Part shown: piece by piece, positions 1 to 11,889 of the stretch
How the letters are laid out: each line of letters opens with the position of its first letter
Position numbering within the stretch: position 1 is the first letter of the stretch
Notes under the pieces: model-generated
The model's input: the letters and a program-made list of their open reading frames with translations, nothing else
What the model was told of the DNA's origin: nothing
Databases searched by the model: none
Position numbers and translations under genes: made by a program
Assembly: GCA_026936335.1 (NCBI GenBank)
Contig: JAPMXV010000034.1
Span: forward strand, 620,001-684,000
Length of the DNA stretch: 64,000 bases
Direction: 5' to 3'
Source of the DNA: Mantamonas sphyraenae STR306
Taxonomy: Eukaryota > Protista > CRuMs

Positions 1-2945
1 CTGAGAACACACCAGCCGTCGTCACCATTCCCCTCCACCCTGACCTTCCAAACAGACCCTGTGCAGCACTGGTGCACGACCCAAACCGTGAGCTAAAGCG
101 AGACCCGTTCACAACAACCACCGTCCAGATCACCAGCGTCCACCCACACGCACTCATTGCTACTGGAATCACACCAGCCGTCGTCACCATTGCCCTTCCC
201 CCCTCACCTCTGGTGCCTCCCAAACTGGCCCCAAGTCTCGCTCCTGCACACGACCCCCGCAAAGTACAGAGAGGGTCCTTCACCACAGCCATCATCCCAG
301 ACCACCATCATCCATCCACCAACACCCATTGTGACTGAGAACACACCAGCCGTCGTCACCATTCCCCTCCACTCTGACCTGTGGTGCCTCCCAAACTGGC
401 CCCAAGCTTCGTTCCTGCACACGACCCCCGCAAAGTACAGAGAGGGTCCTTCACCACAGCCATCATCCCAGACCACCAACATCCATCCACCAACACCCAT
501 TGTGACTGAGAACACACCAGCCGTCGTCACCATTCCCCTCCACTCTGACCTGTGGTGCCTCCCAAACTGGCCCCAAGCCTCGCTCCTGCACACGACCCCC
601 GCAAAGTACAGAGAGGGTCCTTCACCACAGCCATCATCCCAGACCACCATCATCCATCCACCAACACCCATTGTGACTGAGAACACACCAGCCGTCGTCA
701 CCATTGCCCTTCCCCCCTCACCTCTGGTGCCTCCCAAACTGGCCCCAAGCCTCGCTCCTGCACACGACCCCCGCAAAGTACAGAGAGGGTCCTTCACCAC
801 AGCCATCATCCCAGACCACCATCATCCATCCACCAACACCCATTGTGACTGAGAACACACCAGCCGTCATCACCATTCCCCTCCACTCTGACCTGTGGTG
901 CCTCCCAAACTGGCAAGCTTCGTTCCTGCACACGACCCCCGCAAAGTACAGAGAGGGTCCTTCACCACAGCCATCATCCCAGACCACCATCATCCATCCA
1001 CCAACACCCATTGTGACTGAGAACACACCAGCCGTCGTCACCATTGCCCTTCCCCCCTCACCTCTGGTGCCTCCCAAACTGGCCCCAAGCTTCGTTCCTG
1101 CACACGACCCCCGCAAAGTACAGAGAGGGTCCTTCACCACAGCCATCATCCCAGACCACCATCATCCATCCACCAACACCCATTGTGACTGAGAACACAC
1201 CAGCCGTCGTCACCATTCCCCTCCACCCTGACCTTCCAAACAGACCCTGTGCAGCACTGGTGCACGACCCAAACCGTGAGCTAAAGCGAGACCCGTTCAC
1301 AACAACCACCGTCCAGATCACCAGCGTCCACCCACACGCACTCATTGCTACTGGAATCACACCAGCCGTCGTCACCATTGCCCTTCCCCCCTCACCTCTG
1401 GTGCCTCCCAAACTGGCCCCAAGTCTCGCTCCTGCACACGACCCCCGCAAAGTACAGAGAGGGTCCTTCACCACAGCCATCATCCCAGACCACCATCATC
1501 CATCCACCAACACCCATTGTGACTGAGAACACACCAGCCGTCGTCACCATTTGCCCTTCCCCCCTCACCTCTGGTGCCTCCCAAACTGGCCCCAAGCCTC
1601 GCTCCTGCACACGACCCCCGCAAAGTACAGAGAGGGTCCTTCACCACAGCCATCATCCCAGACCACCATCATCCATCCACCAACACCCATTGTGACTGAG
1701 AACACACCAGCCGTCGTCACCATTCCCCTCCACCCTGACCTTCCAAACAGACCCTGTGCAGCACTGGTGCACGACCCAAACCGTGAGCTAAAGCGAGACC
1801 CGTTCACAACAACCACCATCCAGATCACCAGCGTCCACCCACACGCACTCATTGCTACTGGAATCACACCAGCCGTCGTCACCATTGCCCTTCCCCCCTC
1901 ACCTCTGGTGCCTCCCAAACTGGCCCCAAGTCTCGCTCCTGCACACGACCCCCGCAAAGTACAGAGAGGGTCCTTCACCACAGCCATCATCCCAGACCAC
2001 CATCATCCATCCACCAACACCCATTGTGACTGAGAACACACCAGCCGTCGTCACCATTCCCCTCCACCCTGACCTTCCAAACAGACCCTTTGCAGCACTG
2101 GTGCACGACCCAAACCGTGAGCTAAAGCGAGACCCGTTCACAACAACCACCATCCAGATCACCAGCGTCCACCCACACGCACTCATTGCTACTGGAATCA
2201 CACCAGCCGTCGTCACCATTGCCCTTCCCCCTCACCTCTGGTGCCTCCCAAACTGGCCCCAAGCCTCGCTCCTGCACACGACCCCCGCAAAGTACAGAGA
2301 GGGTCCTTCACCACAGCCATCATCCCAGACCACCATCATCCATCCACCAACACCCATTGTGACTGAGAACACACCAGCCGTCATCACCATTCCCCTCCAC
2401 TCTGACCTGTGGTGCCTCCCAAACTGGCCCCAAGCTTCGCTCCTGCACACGACCCCCGCAAAGTACAGAGAGGGTCCTTCACCACAGCCATCATCCCAGA
2501 CCACCATCATCCATCCACCAACACCCATTGTGACTGAGAACACACCAGCCGTCATCACCATTCCCCTCCACTCTGACCTGTGGTGCCTCCCAAACTGGCC
2601 CCAAGCTTCGCTCCTGCACACGACCCCCGCAAAGTACAGAGAGGGTCCTTCACCACAGCCATCATCCCAGACCACCATCATCCATCCACCAACACCCATT
2701 GTGACTGAGAACACACCAGCCGTCATTACCATTCCCCTCCACTCTGACCTGTGGTGCCTCCCAAACTGGCCCCAAGCTTCGTTCCTGCACACGACCCCCG
2801 CAAAGTACAGAGAGGGTCCTTCACCACAGCCATCATCCCAGACCACCATCATCCATCCACCAACACCCATTGTGACTGAGAACACATCAGCCGTCGTCAC
2901 CATTCCCCTCTACTCTGACCTGTGGTGCCTCCTGAACAGGCCCCA
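1..2945. repeat. Tandem satellite array of ~17 related monomers (162-bp type and 168-173-bp types), running off the left edge
   Basis: The anchor CACACCAGCCGTC recurs at 8, 170, 342, 513, 684, 856, 1024, 1196, 1358, 1530, 1703, 1865, 2037, 2199, 2370, 2541, 2712 and (variant) 2883. Monomers of each type are near-identical. Confidence 0.97.
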
Positions 2946-3299
2946 AAGCGCCACTTCTGCCCCCTCCCAAACCGTGCACGGTTTCGTGGTCTGCTCAATG
3001 TGTGAGACTCCGCCGGGTGTTGTAGATGGATGGTGTTTGATTTACCGAGTGCGTGGGTGGGGAAGATAAACCCAGTTCGCCTGCCAGCTCACCCGCACAT
3101 CAAGCCGCGCAGAAAGTTTGGTAGGGACGGTTATCTTGGATCTGTGCTCGCTCTCCTTCGTTAGTGGTTTCCTGGAGGTGTGAAAATCATCGAAGCATTC
3201 ACGGTTGTCGGGAAAAGCTGGTGAAAGAACGAGCAACATCCTGTCCGCGACACACTCGAGGAACTAAGATCGCGTCAAGGAGGACATGGTGTTCTTTTT

Positions 3300-3686
3300 T
3301 TGTTTGTTGTTGTTTTCCAGCAACGAAGCACATGGTTCCAGCATGAGTTTCTCATCACGTACCGTCAAGTGGCGCTGGACCGAAGGGTGGATGATATCCC
3401 ATTGCGCGAGGACCTGGGTTTGCTGGCAACGGAGTCCCAGGGGCAGCTGGAGGTGGACCACTATTGCAGCAGAGCACAGGAGGCCGATCTGCCCACAGAG
3501 GGACTGTCGGCTTACGAGAGGTTTCATTCAGGGCGTATCCCGAGGGAGGCGGTGGAAGAAGCGGGGAGGATGGGAGGTGCCGGGCAGGCTGAGGATGTGC
3601 TGTGGCTGGTGTGTGGATCTGCAGGGTTCTCCAAGCAGTACACGGGGATGGTGAAAGAGATGGGAGGGACATGGCACGAGTTTTGA
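3300..3686 (+). pseudogene. Fragment resembling the NAD-binding C-terminal part of a ferredoxin-reductase-type (OXNAD1-like) oxidoreductase
   Basis: Motifs LITYR, VDHYCSR, GRI and WLVCGSAGF resemble the FNR NAD-binding end. The upstream part (~3165-3290) is broken by a stop or frameshift. Confidence 0.3.
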
Positions 3687-3803
3687 GGAAGGAGTGACGA
3701 GAGGGGGTGTTGTAGGAGGAGGGGTGGAGACGGGGTGGGTAGGGGGCGAGATGAAGAAGTTGTGAGGAAGGGAATGACAAGGTAGCAGTCAAGTAGATGA
3801 GGG

Positions 3804-3908
3804 TGATTGGAAGGGACAGAGAAGTGGATGAAAGAGATGGGGGAAATGGAATACGAAGCAAAAGGAAATTGATTCCGGCTCCGTGGATCGAACACGGGAC
3901 CTTGTGAT
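3804..3908 (-). repeat. Degenerate duplicate of the tRNA-Phe 3' half plus its 3' flank
   Basis: 3879-3908 is identical to 4076-4105 (30 bp, including the T-arm/B-box). The flank TGATTGGAAGGGAC at 3804 repeats at 3994. Confidence 0.85.
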
Positions 3909-4056
3909 GTTGGCGGGAAATTTTGACGAGCGGAAGAGGGGCGGGCGGACGGGGTGGGTAGCGGTTGGAATAATTGGAATGTTAGGATGGAAATGATTGG
4001 AAGGGACGGAGGAGTGGACAAAAAGAGACCGAGAGATGGAACACAAGGAGATGAGC

Positions 4057-4064
4057 AAAAAAAA
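4057..4064 (-). terminator. RNA Pol III T-tract terminator of tRNA-Phe
   Basis: T8 on the minus strand, 5 nt after the discriminator base. Confidence 0.8.
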
Positions 4065-4069
4065 TTGGA

Positions 4070-4142
4070 TGCCGCCTCCGTGGATCGAACACGGGACCTT
4101 GTGATCTTCAGTCACACGCTCTCCCAGCTGAGCTAAAGCAGC
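4070..4142 (-). tRNA. tRNA-Phe(GAA)
   Basis: The reverse complement folds as GCTGCTT-TA-GCTC-AGCTGGGA-GAGC-G-TGTGA-CT[GAA]GA-TCACA-AGGTC-CCGTG-TTCGATC-CACGG-AGGCGGC-A. It is 73 nt with no encoded CCA. Confidence 0.96.
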
Positions 4143-7100
4143 ACGCCCGCAAATGAGCTAAATGGGTCACCATTGTTCCCCATTCGACTTCATCTATGCA
4201 GTTTCCCGCCGATCCGTACAAGGGAGGTCCAAATGCAATGTCGGTGAATGTTGCGACCTCCAAACCCCGTTCACACATCCCTCCTCTCACCTCATCCACC
4301 CTCGCACCCCCGTCCCCATCCACTCATCCACCCATCTCCAACATCCTCCCACCACCGATCATCGACTTGTTGGAGAACTCTCCGAATGTGGTGCATCTGG
4401 ATGCCAGTCGGACTCCCATCACCGAACAGCACCTGGACGTGAGTGTTTCCAGCAAACATGAACCCACTCACACTGTGGCACAATTCGTCATTTCGGCATC
4501 TCGTTTCCTCACATCACAAGCCCCGTCATCATCCACCCACCCTTCCTGCTCCTCTTCTCCTCCTCCTCCTCCTCCTCCACCACCCAACTTCCTCCTCTCC
4601 AACATCCACACCCCCCCATCCCCCTTCTCCCACTCCACACAACCCCCAGCGAGCCCAGAATGCAATACAGGGAATTTCAGTAGAGCGACTCTTTTCCGTG
4701 GGACGAGAAAGCGGAGTGTATTATGTGGGAAATTGTACAAAGACATGTGTCAGTGACCCATACTGTGCTTGCGAAATCCTCATTCAAGTCGCTCATCCGG
4801 ATTGGTTCGTTTGCAGGCTCGTGACACGGTTTTCGAAAGCACGACGGCGGTCACCTTGATCGTCTGTGTCATCTATCTGCACCTCCGCTATCCATGAACA
4901 ACATCTTGTTCGTCCGTGGTGCTTTTAGTGGCAAAGATACTACCCCAGATCGGCAATTGAATGTACTACCCCAGACCTTTGCCACTACCTGCACGGGTTG
5001 GTGTGGCGGTATGGCTTAGGGCTTGTTGTGTCCTTCAGTTGCTTTTCCCATGCGAGCTTCGGGCACACACATGATGTTGATGGACATCCACCAAGGAAAG
5101 CGCAGATCTGGTAGCGTGAGATGGCATCTGGTCACCGTGCACCGTCCGTTCCAACACAACGAGCACAACCGACCGTGAGTACTCGAGACGGCATTTCGCG
5201 AAGGAAAACTCGCAGCTCGGGTCCAGTGCACGTGGATACAACCCAGTATCTTTCTTTGCGCAGAAGTCACGGGCAGCAATTCTGCAGTAGACAGCGAACG
5301 GAAGCTGAGATCGAAGGTTTGCGTGTTCAGAGGCAAAAACAGCAAACGCTCTACCAACACGCAAAAGAGAAGGACTCTGGGCGCACCCCACTGGGTTTTG
5401 GACGCCCTCCTGCAGTAGTGAGAGGGTACGCTACTGTGGGAGCGTTGGATGTGCTGCCTTGGTTTTTTTGTCCTTGAATTCTGCCATCTGACACGCTTCC
5501 TCACACGCTCGAAGGAGAAGGGCCAGAGCTGCAAACAGGCCGAGTGGGATCGTCAAGAACCGAGCGAGGAGACACGACAGGCTATTCTCTCGCGACAACG
5601 AGACCGGAAGAAACAGAAACGCAAGCGCTACAGAGCGAAGATGAGACGAAAATTGCTCGAGTTAAAAAACAGCCAGGAGCCAGCCCCAGGTCACGGTAAT
5701 CAGCCGAATGCGAGTTGCATGGATGCCGGGCATGGTAGGTTGTGCGTGGAAGTGTTTTGGGGGAGCGGTGTACACCACTCCGTGGTTAAAAAGCGGAGGA
5801 GGAAGTTCTCTCACACACACGTCCGTCGGCGACTTTGTTTCGTGCGAGCAGCCAAGGAAAACAAACACAGGAGGCGGACCCTGGGCCGTGGACAGCGACA
5901 GTGAGGAGGAGGGCAGCATGGACGACGCAATTGACGTAATTGGGGAGGAGGAGGGCAATCTGGACGACAGGATGGAACAGGAGGAACAGGAGGAACAGGA
6001 GCAGGAGAACGGCGTGAGGGACGGAAAGACGGAGGAGGGCATGCAAGTCGAGACTCTGGACCTGGGTCGCACACAAAGGAACGAACAAGCAGAGCACCCC
6101 AGGTGAACAGCTCACTCGTGGACGCGGCTAGCGGCGGGCACGAGGATAATCACAAAGAACGAAACCGTGTACGTGGATTCATTACAGCCTCGTTCCCAAC
6201 GCGGGAGGGACACTACCAGCGTTTCACTGACACACATTCGCCTTCACTTATGGCTCTGACCACTGGTGCCCACGGTGGCCTTGCGCGCGCTGTGTTTGCA
6301 AACGGCAGTAAACCTACATTCCCCTTCCCCATACATCCCCCACAACCCACCCACCACCCACCCATTCCTTCTCCTTCTCCTCCTCCTCCACCACCCATCT
6401 TCATCCTCCTCCAACATCCTTCTCCCCCACCCATCCTCATCCTCCTCCAACATCCCCACCAAATCACCCCCTCAACTCATCCACCCTCGCACCCCTCCCT
6501 TTCCCCACCACATCCAACCCCATCCACTCATCCCCAACATCCCCCACAACCCACCCACCACCACACCCTTCCTTCTCCATCTCCTCCTCCTCCTCCTCCC
6601 TCCTCCTCCTCCTTCCCACGGATCCTCCCCTCCCTCCTCCTCCTCCTCCTCCTCCTTCCTCTTCCTCTCCATCTCCTCCACATACTCCCCCACCACTCCC
6701 AACACCTGCTGCGTCCCACCGCCCACCACCAACCCGGCCACCGCCCCACTCACCAACCCGCCCCACTCCTCCTCTCCCTCCCCCGCCGCCATCCTCATCA
6801 CCCTCCCGCCCCACCACCCACCACTTCTCCTCGCCCCCCCTCCACACCACCCACACGCCCCACACACACCCGACCGCCACCACCCACCACGCCCCGTCGC
6901 CCCACCACCCCACCACCCCCATCCCCACCCACAACCCGGCCGCCTCCACCGCCAGCGGCCTCTTTTCCCGCCACAAATCCCCCTCCCACGCTTGCAACAC
7001 CTCCACCACAACCACTGCTGTCCACCACCCGCACCCACTCACCCTGCACCGCGCAAAAGCACCCCGTAAAACAACCACGCGTTGGCCCACGCGTCCACCA

Positions 7101-7573
7101 CCAGGCCCAGCGTGTAGTGCATCGGCACAACCGCCCCGTAGTAAAACAACGCCTGTTCCAACCCCACCTGCAGTGCCAGCGCCACCTCCACCGTCCGCAC
7201 CAGTGCCAGGTCCGCTCCGATCCACCCCAGCCACCCGGCCCACCCGACCCACCCCGTCGGCCACCACCCGTCTTTCGGCCACGGCCCAATCCCACACGCC
7301 GCCCACACCGCCCACGCCGTCACTGCACGTGTCACCATCTGCGCCACAGACGCCCGTCCGCTCCTCATCTCCTCCCCGCCCACCCGTCGCCGCCGCCGAA
7401 ACCCGCGTGTGTACATCCACCACTCCCCGCTGCTTGCCTTGCCCTCCACACCGCACCGCACCACCCCATACACCGCAGCTTCCACTGCGTACGCCACCGC
7501 TCCTGCCACGCTCTCGACCTGCAACATCCTCAGCATTTGCCTTTGGCCCGCCCCCGCCCCGCCCCCGCCCCCA

Positions 7574-8372
7574 ATGTCCTTTGCCTTTCGCCTCCACTAC
7601 TCCACCCAGGAGCTCCTCGACATCCGCGAGGCCCTCGGCGACCTCCCGCCCCCTCCGGACATGCCTGCCTTTTTCTGCAAAGACACTCCCAACAATGTCG
7701 AGGAGGCTGGCCGCCGCGCCCTCGAGCGCCTTGCCTTCCGGCCCCGCCACCTCCGCGACACTCCTCCCGCCCCCTCCCCGCCTGCCCAGCCTCCCCGCTC
7801 TCCGACCCCTCCTCCTCCTCAACAACAACAACAACAACAACACGCCTCGGACGACGCCGACGACGCCGAGCCCGAGTGGATGAACGATTCCTTCACGGGC
7901 GATTTCGATTTCTCCCAAGCTGTGCGTGCCCGCTCCCACCTACGCCCTAACCTTGCCCTCCCTCCCGCTCACCCGCTCACCTCAACCTCCCCCCCCCCCC
8001 CCCCCTCCACCTCCACCCCTCTCCCCACCACCTCACCAGGCCATCCCCGACGACTGGAGGCAAGAAGCCCAAGCCCAAGCCCACGCCCAAGCCCAAGCCC
8101 AAGCCCACCGTACCACCAGCACCACAACCACATCCATCCCCTCCTCTCAACCCTCTCTCACCCTTACCCCCAACCCGACCCCTCTCAACCAAGAGGAACT
8201 CTCTTTTCTCCAGGGCCTGATGCGTGCCCCTTCCCCACCGCCTCCACCTCCTCAGCTTGCCTCCAACCCGCTTGCCCAATGGTTCAACGCCTCCACCCTT
8301 GCTTCCTCATCCGCCTCCTCCCTCCCTGTCGACGCAAAGACCGTCACCGACCTTGAAAAGACAATACACTAG
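7574..8372 (+). CDS. eIF4E-binding, 4E-transporter (4E-T)-like protein, with a frameshift at a C17 run
   Basis: N-terminal YSTQELLDIR fits the YxxxxL-phi eIF4E motif. EPEWM, FDF, LAQWF and TVTDLEK motifs follow. The two ORF halves join at the C17 homopolymer 7989-8005. Confidence 0.65.
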
Positions 8373-8414
8373 ATTTTATTCCCGCCCGCCCTCCTCTTCC
8401 CAATCCAACCCCCC

Positions 8415-10269
8415 ATGATCCCACAATCCTCCCCCACCTCCCCAAGATCCAAATTCCGCACCACACGCTCCACATCTCTCGATGAAGCCGACCGACAAGC
8501 CCTTGCTGGCCTCGCCGCCATGTTGACTTCATCCCATCCACAACCCACCACCACCACCACACCACCACCACCACCACCACCACCACCACCACCACCTCCT
8601 CCTCCTCTGCAAACCCACACCCCCCAACCCACTCCTTCCGACCCGCCCCGTCCTCCCCATCCCTCGACACCCATACCCGCCGCGTATCCAGACACGCACG
8701 CTTCAACTCCGTCGCCACCTCTGCCCACACCCCACATTCCCCCCCTTCAGACGACTCGGAGCCTCTCATGGGCGAGATAAAGTTCCTTGACGGCGTCCAG
8801 CGGCACGGTGAGTCCCGTGGCATTCCTCCCTGCCCGCGCCTTCCCTTTTGCTCACGTCCTCTTTTCCTTTCCCTCCCCTCCCCGCAGACGACGTCCTCCA
8901 GGGAGTCATCAACATCAACAGAGCCGTCGACAGCTACCGTACACAACTCTCCAACGTCCCCGTCTCCCGCACCCAAACTCTGGACCGTCTCGTACGTGAA
9001 CTCTGTCCCTGAATGTCTTGCCCGTTTCCATTTCCATCTCGATCCCTTCCACTCACCGCCCCCCCCCCTCCTCCCCGCAGCTCGACTTTTCCGAAGAACA
9101 ACTCCACCTCACAGAAGCAAGGGCCCTTCACCTTGCACACAGCGACCACCCAAGCTTTGAAAATGCCCTGCAACTCTACCCGGCCCTGGGTGCCCTCGCC
9201 CTCCCCACCGCCTTTCACGTGCCCACACGCCATTCCCGCCTCCGCCGCATCCTCCTCCCGGCCCTTGTATATACCCATCTCCTCGTTTCCTTGGCCTGTT
9301 TGGTTGCAGGCCAGCTCCTCGGCCTGTGGGAGCCCCCGGTTTCCCATGCCTACACAGCCATCTACCTCACCGCCACGCTCTCCTATGCCGCCACCCGCTT
9401 TGCTCTCCAACACCCAAACATCTCTTTTGTGTGTTTTCGCACGTTCACCAATCTCTCCTTCTGCGTCAGCACATCGACTACTGCGTCCTGCGCGTCCGCA
9501 TCCTCACCGTCCTCCTCTCCATCCCGTGGATCCTCCAACACCTCGTCAACGCCATTTCCGGCAACGTCTCCCACTCCTTTTATCCCTCGAATGGCTCTGG
9601 ACCCTCACCCGCCTCCTTGACATCGTCACCATCCACATCCTCATCTCCTCCATGGCCCTCTTCCACCTCGCCTGCAAGGCTCTCGTCATGTCCATCCAGC
9701 GGCTCGCCGTAACCATCCTCGAGGAGCGTGAGGTCGAGTCTGGTGCAGACAACGATGACGCACGCGACCTTCGCCTTGGCTTCATAGAGCGCCGCGAGTA
9801 CGAACTGCGCCAGATCCGCGCCATGGTCCGCACCACCACCCGCTCCTTCCAGCCCTTCTTTGCAATCACCTTTCTCATGACCACCGTCCTTCTCGCTGTC
9901 ACCATCTACACCGTCCTCGTCGTCACCCCTGTCCTCATCGGCATTTCCCTCTCCGACCTCCTCCTCTGCCTCCTCACTCCCGTCCTTGCCTTTCTTCTCC
10001 TCCTCTCGCTCATCCGCTCCGCCACCTCTGTCAGCGTCGCCATGTCCCAGCTCCACTCCTTTGTCGGATACCTCCACTTTGCTGCCCACGGCGCCGAAAA
10101 GGAGTTTATGGAGATGCTCGTCCACGGCGAAATGACCTTTCGCATCTACGGCATGTCCATCGACAGCGAGCTCCTCGCACGCCTCGCCTGGATCGGACTC
10201 AGCATCACTGCCTTTTCCCTACAGCAGGCCCAGTACACCGCCATCCTCGCCTCAGGCGTCCACGTGTGA
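8415..10269 (+). CDS. Gustatory-receptor-like / DUF3537-type seven-transmembrane ion channel (7TMIC), multi-exon
   Basis: Multiple hydrophobic helices and a C-terminal TFRIYGMSIDSELLARLAWIGLSITAFSLQQ resembling the TM7 signature. Likely introns at ~8807-8887, ~8992-9080 and ~9429-9469. Apparent 1-nt frameshifts; the start is uncertain. Confidence 0.65.
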
Positions 10270-10305
10270 CAACGCAGTGGCCAGTGGTGGCGTGGTAGCG
10301 TTCCC

Positions 10306-10492
10306 AAGAGCACTGTGCGACATGAACAACCCCGGTGCTGGCATGAGAGCACGGTGCGACATGAACAACCCCGGTGCTGGCATGAGAGCACGGTGCGACA
10401 TGAACAACCCCGGTGCTGACATGAGAGCACGGTGCGAGCGATATGAACAACCCCGGTGCACTGCATGACATGAACAACACTGTGTGACATGA
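10306..10492. repeat. 39-bp minisatellite (~4.5 copies)
   Basis: CGGTGCGACATGAACAACCCCGGTGCTGGCATGAGAGCA repeated head to tail, degenerating at both ends. Confidence 0.92.
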
Positions 10493-10555
10493 CCGGCCCG
10501 TGGGCACCGCCATCCCCGCCTGCGGCGCGAATGGCGCTGCCCACACCAACCCCCC

Positions 10556-11862
10556 ATGTCCTTCACCATCAAACCATCCACTAAAGCCCTCAACACTCGA
10601 AACCTCATCCGAGAGGTCGTCGACGAAATGGAAATCGTCCCCAACCCAGACCTAAAGATGATCCCTCTCTCCATCGGCGACCCCACCGTCTTTGGCAACC
10701 TCAACATCCCCGACGACGTCGCCGACAAGGTCCACCAGCACCTCAAGTCCCACTCCTACAACGGCTACACCCACTCCATGGGCTACCCGTCCGTCCGCGA
10801 AGCCCTTGCTGCACACTACACCCGAGAGGGTAGGTCCGCGCTTCCGCAAACTCCTTCCCCTCCTTCCCCTCCGCCCCACCTCCTCACACACACTCCCTCC
10901 CTCCCTCCCTCCCCACAGACGACCCCCTCACCGCAGACGACATCCTCATCACCAGCGGCGCTTCTGGGGCCGTCGAGATCTCCGTCAAGGCTCTCGCCGA
11001 GGACGGCGACAACATCCTCGCCCCTCGCCCCGGCTTCTCCCTCTACCAAACCGTCGCCGGCAACAACGGCGTCGAAACACGCTACTACGACCTCAATCCC
11101 GACCAGGCCTGGCAGGTCGACCTCGACCACCTCGCCTCCCTCATCGACGACCGCACGCGAGCCATCGTCCTCACAAACCCCAGCAATCCCTGCGGCTCAA
11201 ACTACTCCAAGGAGCACCTCCAAGACATCGTCGCCGTCGCAGAGAAGCACCAGCTGCCCATCATTGCCGACGAAATCTACGAACACATGACCTTTGACAA
11301 CGAACCCTTTGTCTCCGTCGCACAGGTTTCCCAAAACGTCCCCTGCCTCGTCATCGGTGGCCTCGCCAAGCGCTATCTCGTCCCCGGCTGGCGCATTGGC
11401 TGGATTCGCATCCACGACCGCAACGACGCCTTTGCCGACGTCCGCACTGCCCTCCTCAAGCTCTCCCAGCTCATCCTCGGCGCCTCCACCGCCATCCAGA
11501 GTGTCATCCCCTACCTCCTCACCGAAACGCCCCAGTCCTTCTACGACGACACCATGGCCCAGCTCCAGGACAATGCACAGGCCATTGTCGACGGCCTCGC
11601 CGACGCAAAGGGTCTCACCGTCATCGTGCCCCGCGCCGCCATGTACGTCATGACTCGCATCGACCTCGACCACTTTCCCGACTTTGACGACGACAGCGCC
11701 TTTTCCCAGGCCCTCATCTCCGAGCAGAGTGTCTTTGTCCTCCCGGGCAAGTGCTTCCTCTTCAAGGGTTACTTCCGCATCGTGTTTTGTGCCCCAAGAC
11801 CCATGCTCGAAGAGGCCTGCACACGCATCCAAGCCTTTTGCGACGCCCATTACGTCGAGTAA
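10556..11862 (+). CDS. TAT: Tyrosine aminotransferase (PLP class I)
   Basis: Motifs LSIGDPTVFGNL, NPSNPCG, IIADEIY and GGLAKRYLVPGWRIGW. Intron 10830-10918 (GTAGGT..ACAG) restores the frame. Confidence 0.93.
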
Positions 11863-11889
11863 ACACCCCGCCCATCCCCACCCACACCA

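Noticed and set aside
1-2945. CRISPR-like array, or mucin-like ORFs in the repeat
   Set aside because: Intervening sequences are repeated rather than unique spacers, there are no cas genes, and the context is eukaryotic. The ORFs change frame with the 172-bp units.
4196-7536. Assorted ORFs, including the Pro/His-rich 6103..7950 and a Trp-rich minus-strand ORF 7039..7536
   Set aside because: Low-complexity skewed DNA with no recognisable domain or consistent splice model. A real minus-strand membrane gene starting at 7536 cannot be excluded.
7989-8005. Programmed frameshifting or pseudogenisation at the many 1-nt frameshifts (also ~9585, ~14490, ~15000, ~15985, ~40090, ~46430)
   Set aside because: Most fall in or near homopolymers and affect otherwise intact genes, so sequencing error is the simpler explanation. 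Needs read inspection.
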